A DNA stretch of 64,000 nucleotides from sequence record MN022785.1, one strand, 5' to 3'. A program made the position numbers and the translations under genes. Shown here piece after piece: positions 63,995-64,000 of this stretch; position 1 is the stretch's first letter; the number at the start of each line of letters is the position of its first letter. The notes under the pieces are model-generated. The model was given only the letters and a program-made list of their open reading frames with translations. It ran no database searches and had not been told where the DNA came from. This DNA is from Escherichia phage VEc20.

Positions 63995-64000
63995 TGCTTG

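Overview
This window is a near-contiguous stretch of a T-even (T4-like, Tequatrovirus-type) phage genome. All identifications are from my own reading of the ORF translations and DNA, compared with T4 proteins from memory; no database search was run, and motif coordinates are accurate to about +/-2 nt. Gene order is collinear with T4: gene 18 (3' end), 19, 20, 67, 68, 21, 22, 23, 24, rnlB, hoc, inh, segE, uvsW, uvsY, baseplate/tail genes 25-26-51-27-28-29-48-54, alt, gene 30 (DNA ligase), a block of small early ORFs, rIII, 31, cd, pseT, alc, rnlA, denA, nrdB, mobE, nrdA, split td with its group I intron and I-TevI, frd, 32, segG, 59, 33, dsbA, rnh, long-tail-fibre genes 34-35-36-37-38, t, asiA and an arn-like ORF. 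Genes are tightly packed with frequent stop/start overlaps, TATAAATA late-promoter motifs precede late genes, and GC-rich tetraloop hairpins sit at operon ends. The phage is a mosaic rather than T4 itself: the td intron is present, nrdB is intronless, and the receptor-recognition module looks T2/T6-type (gp37 with a C-terminal chaperone domain plus a glycine-rich gp38). The observations I rate highest are: (1) a perfect 54-bp promoter/leader cassette present twice, (2) an adjacent HAD-phosphatase-like and NADAR-like gene pair next to ligase and alt, (3) a predicted lipoprotein plus membrane-anchored protein pair between pseT and alc, (4) an extra HNH endonuclease gene between genes 18 and 19, and (5) an unusually long 355-bp ORF-free gap beside rIII. 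I did not find a single feature that unambiguously marks a new system; these are candidates.
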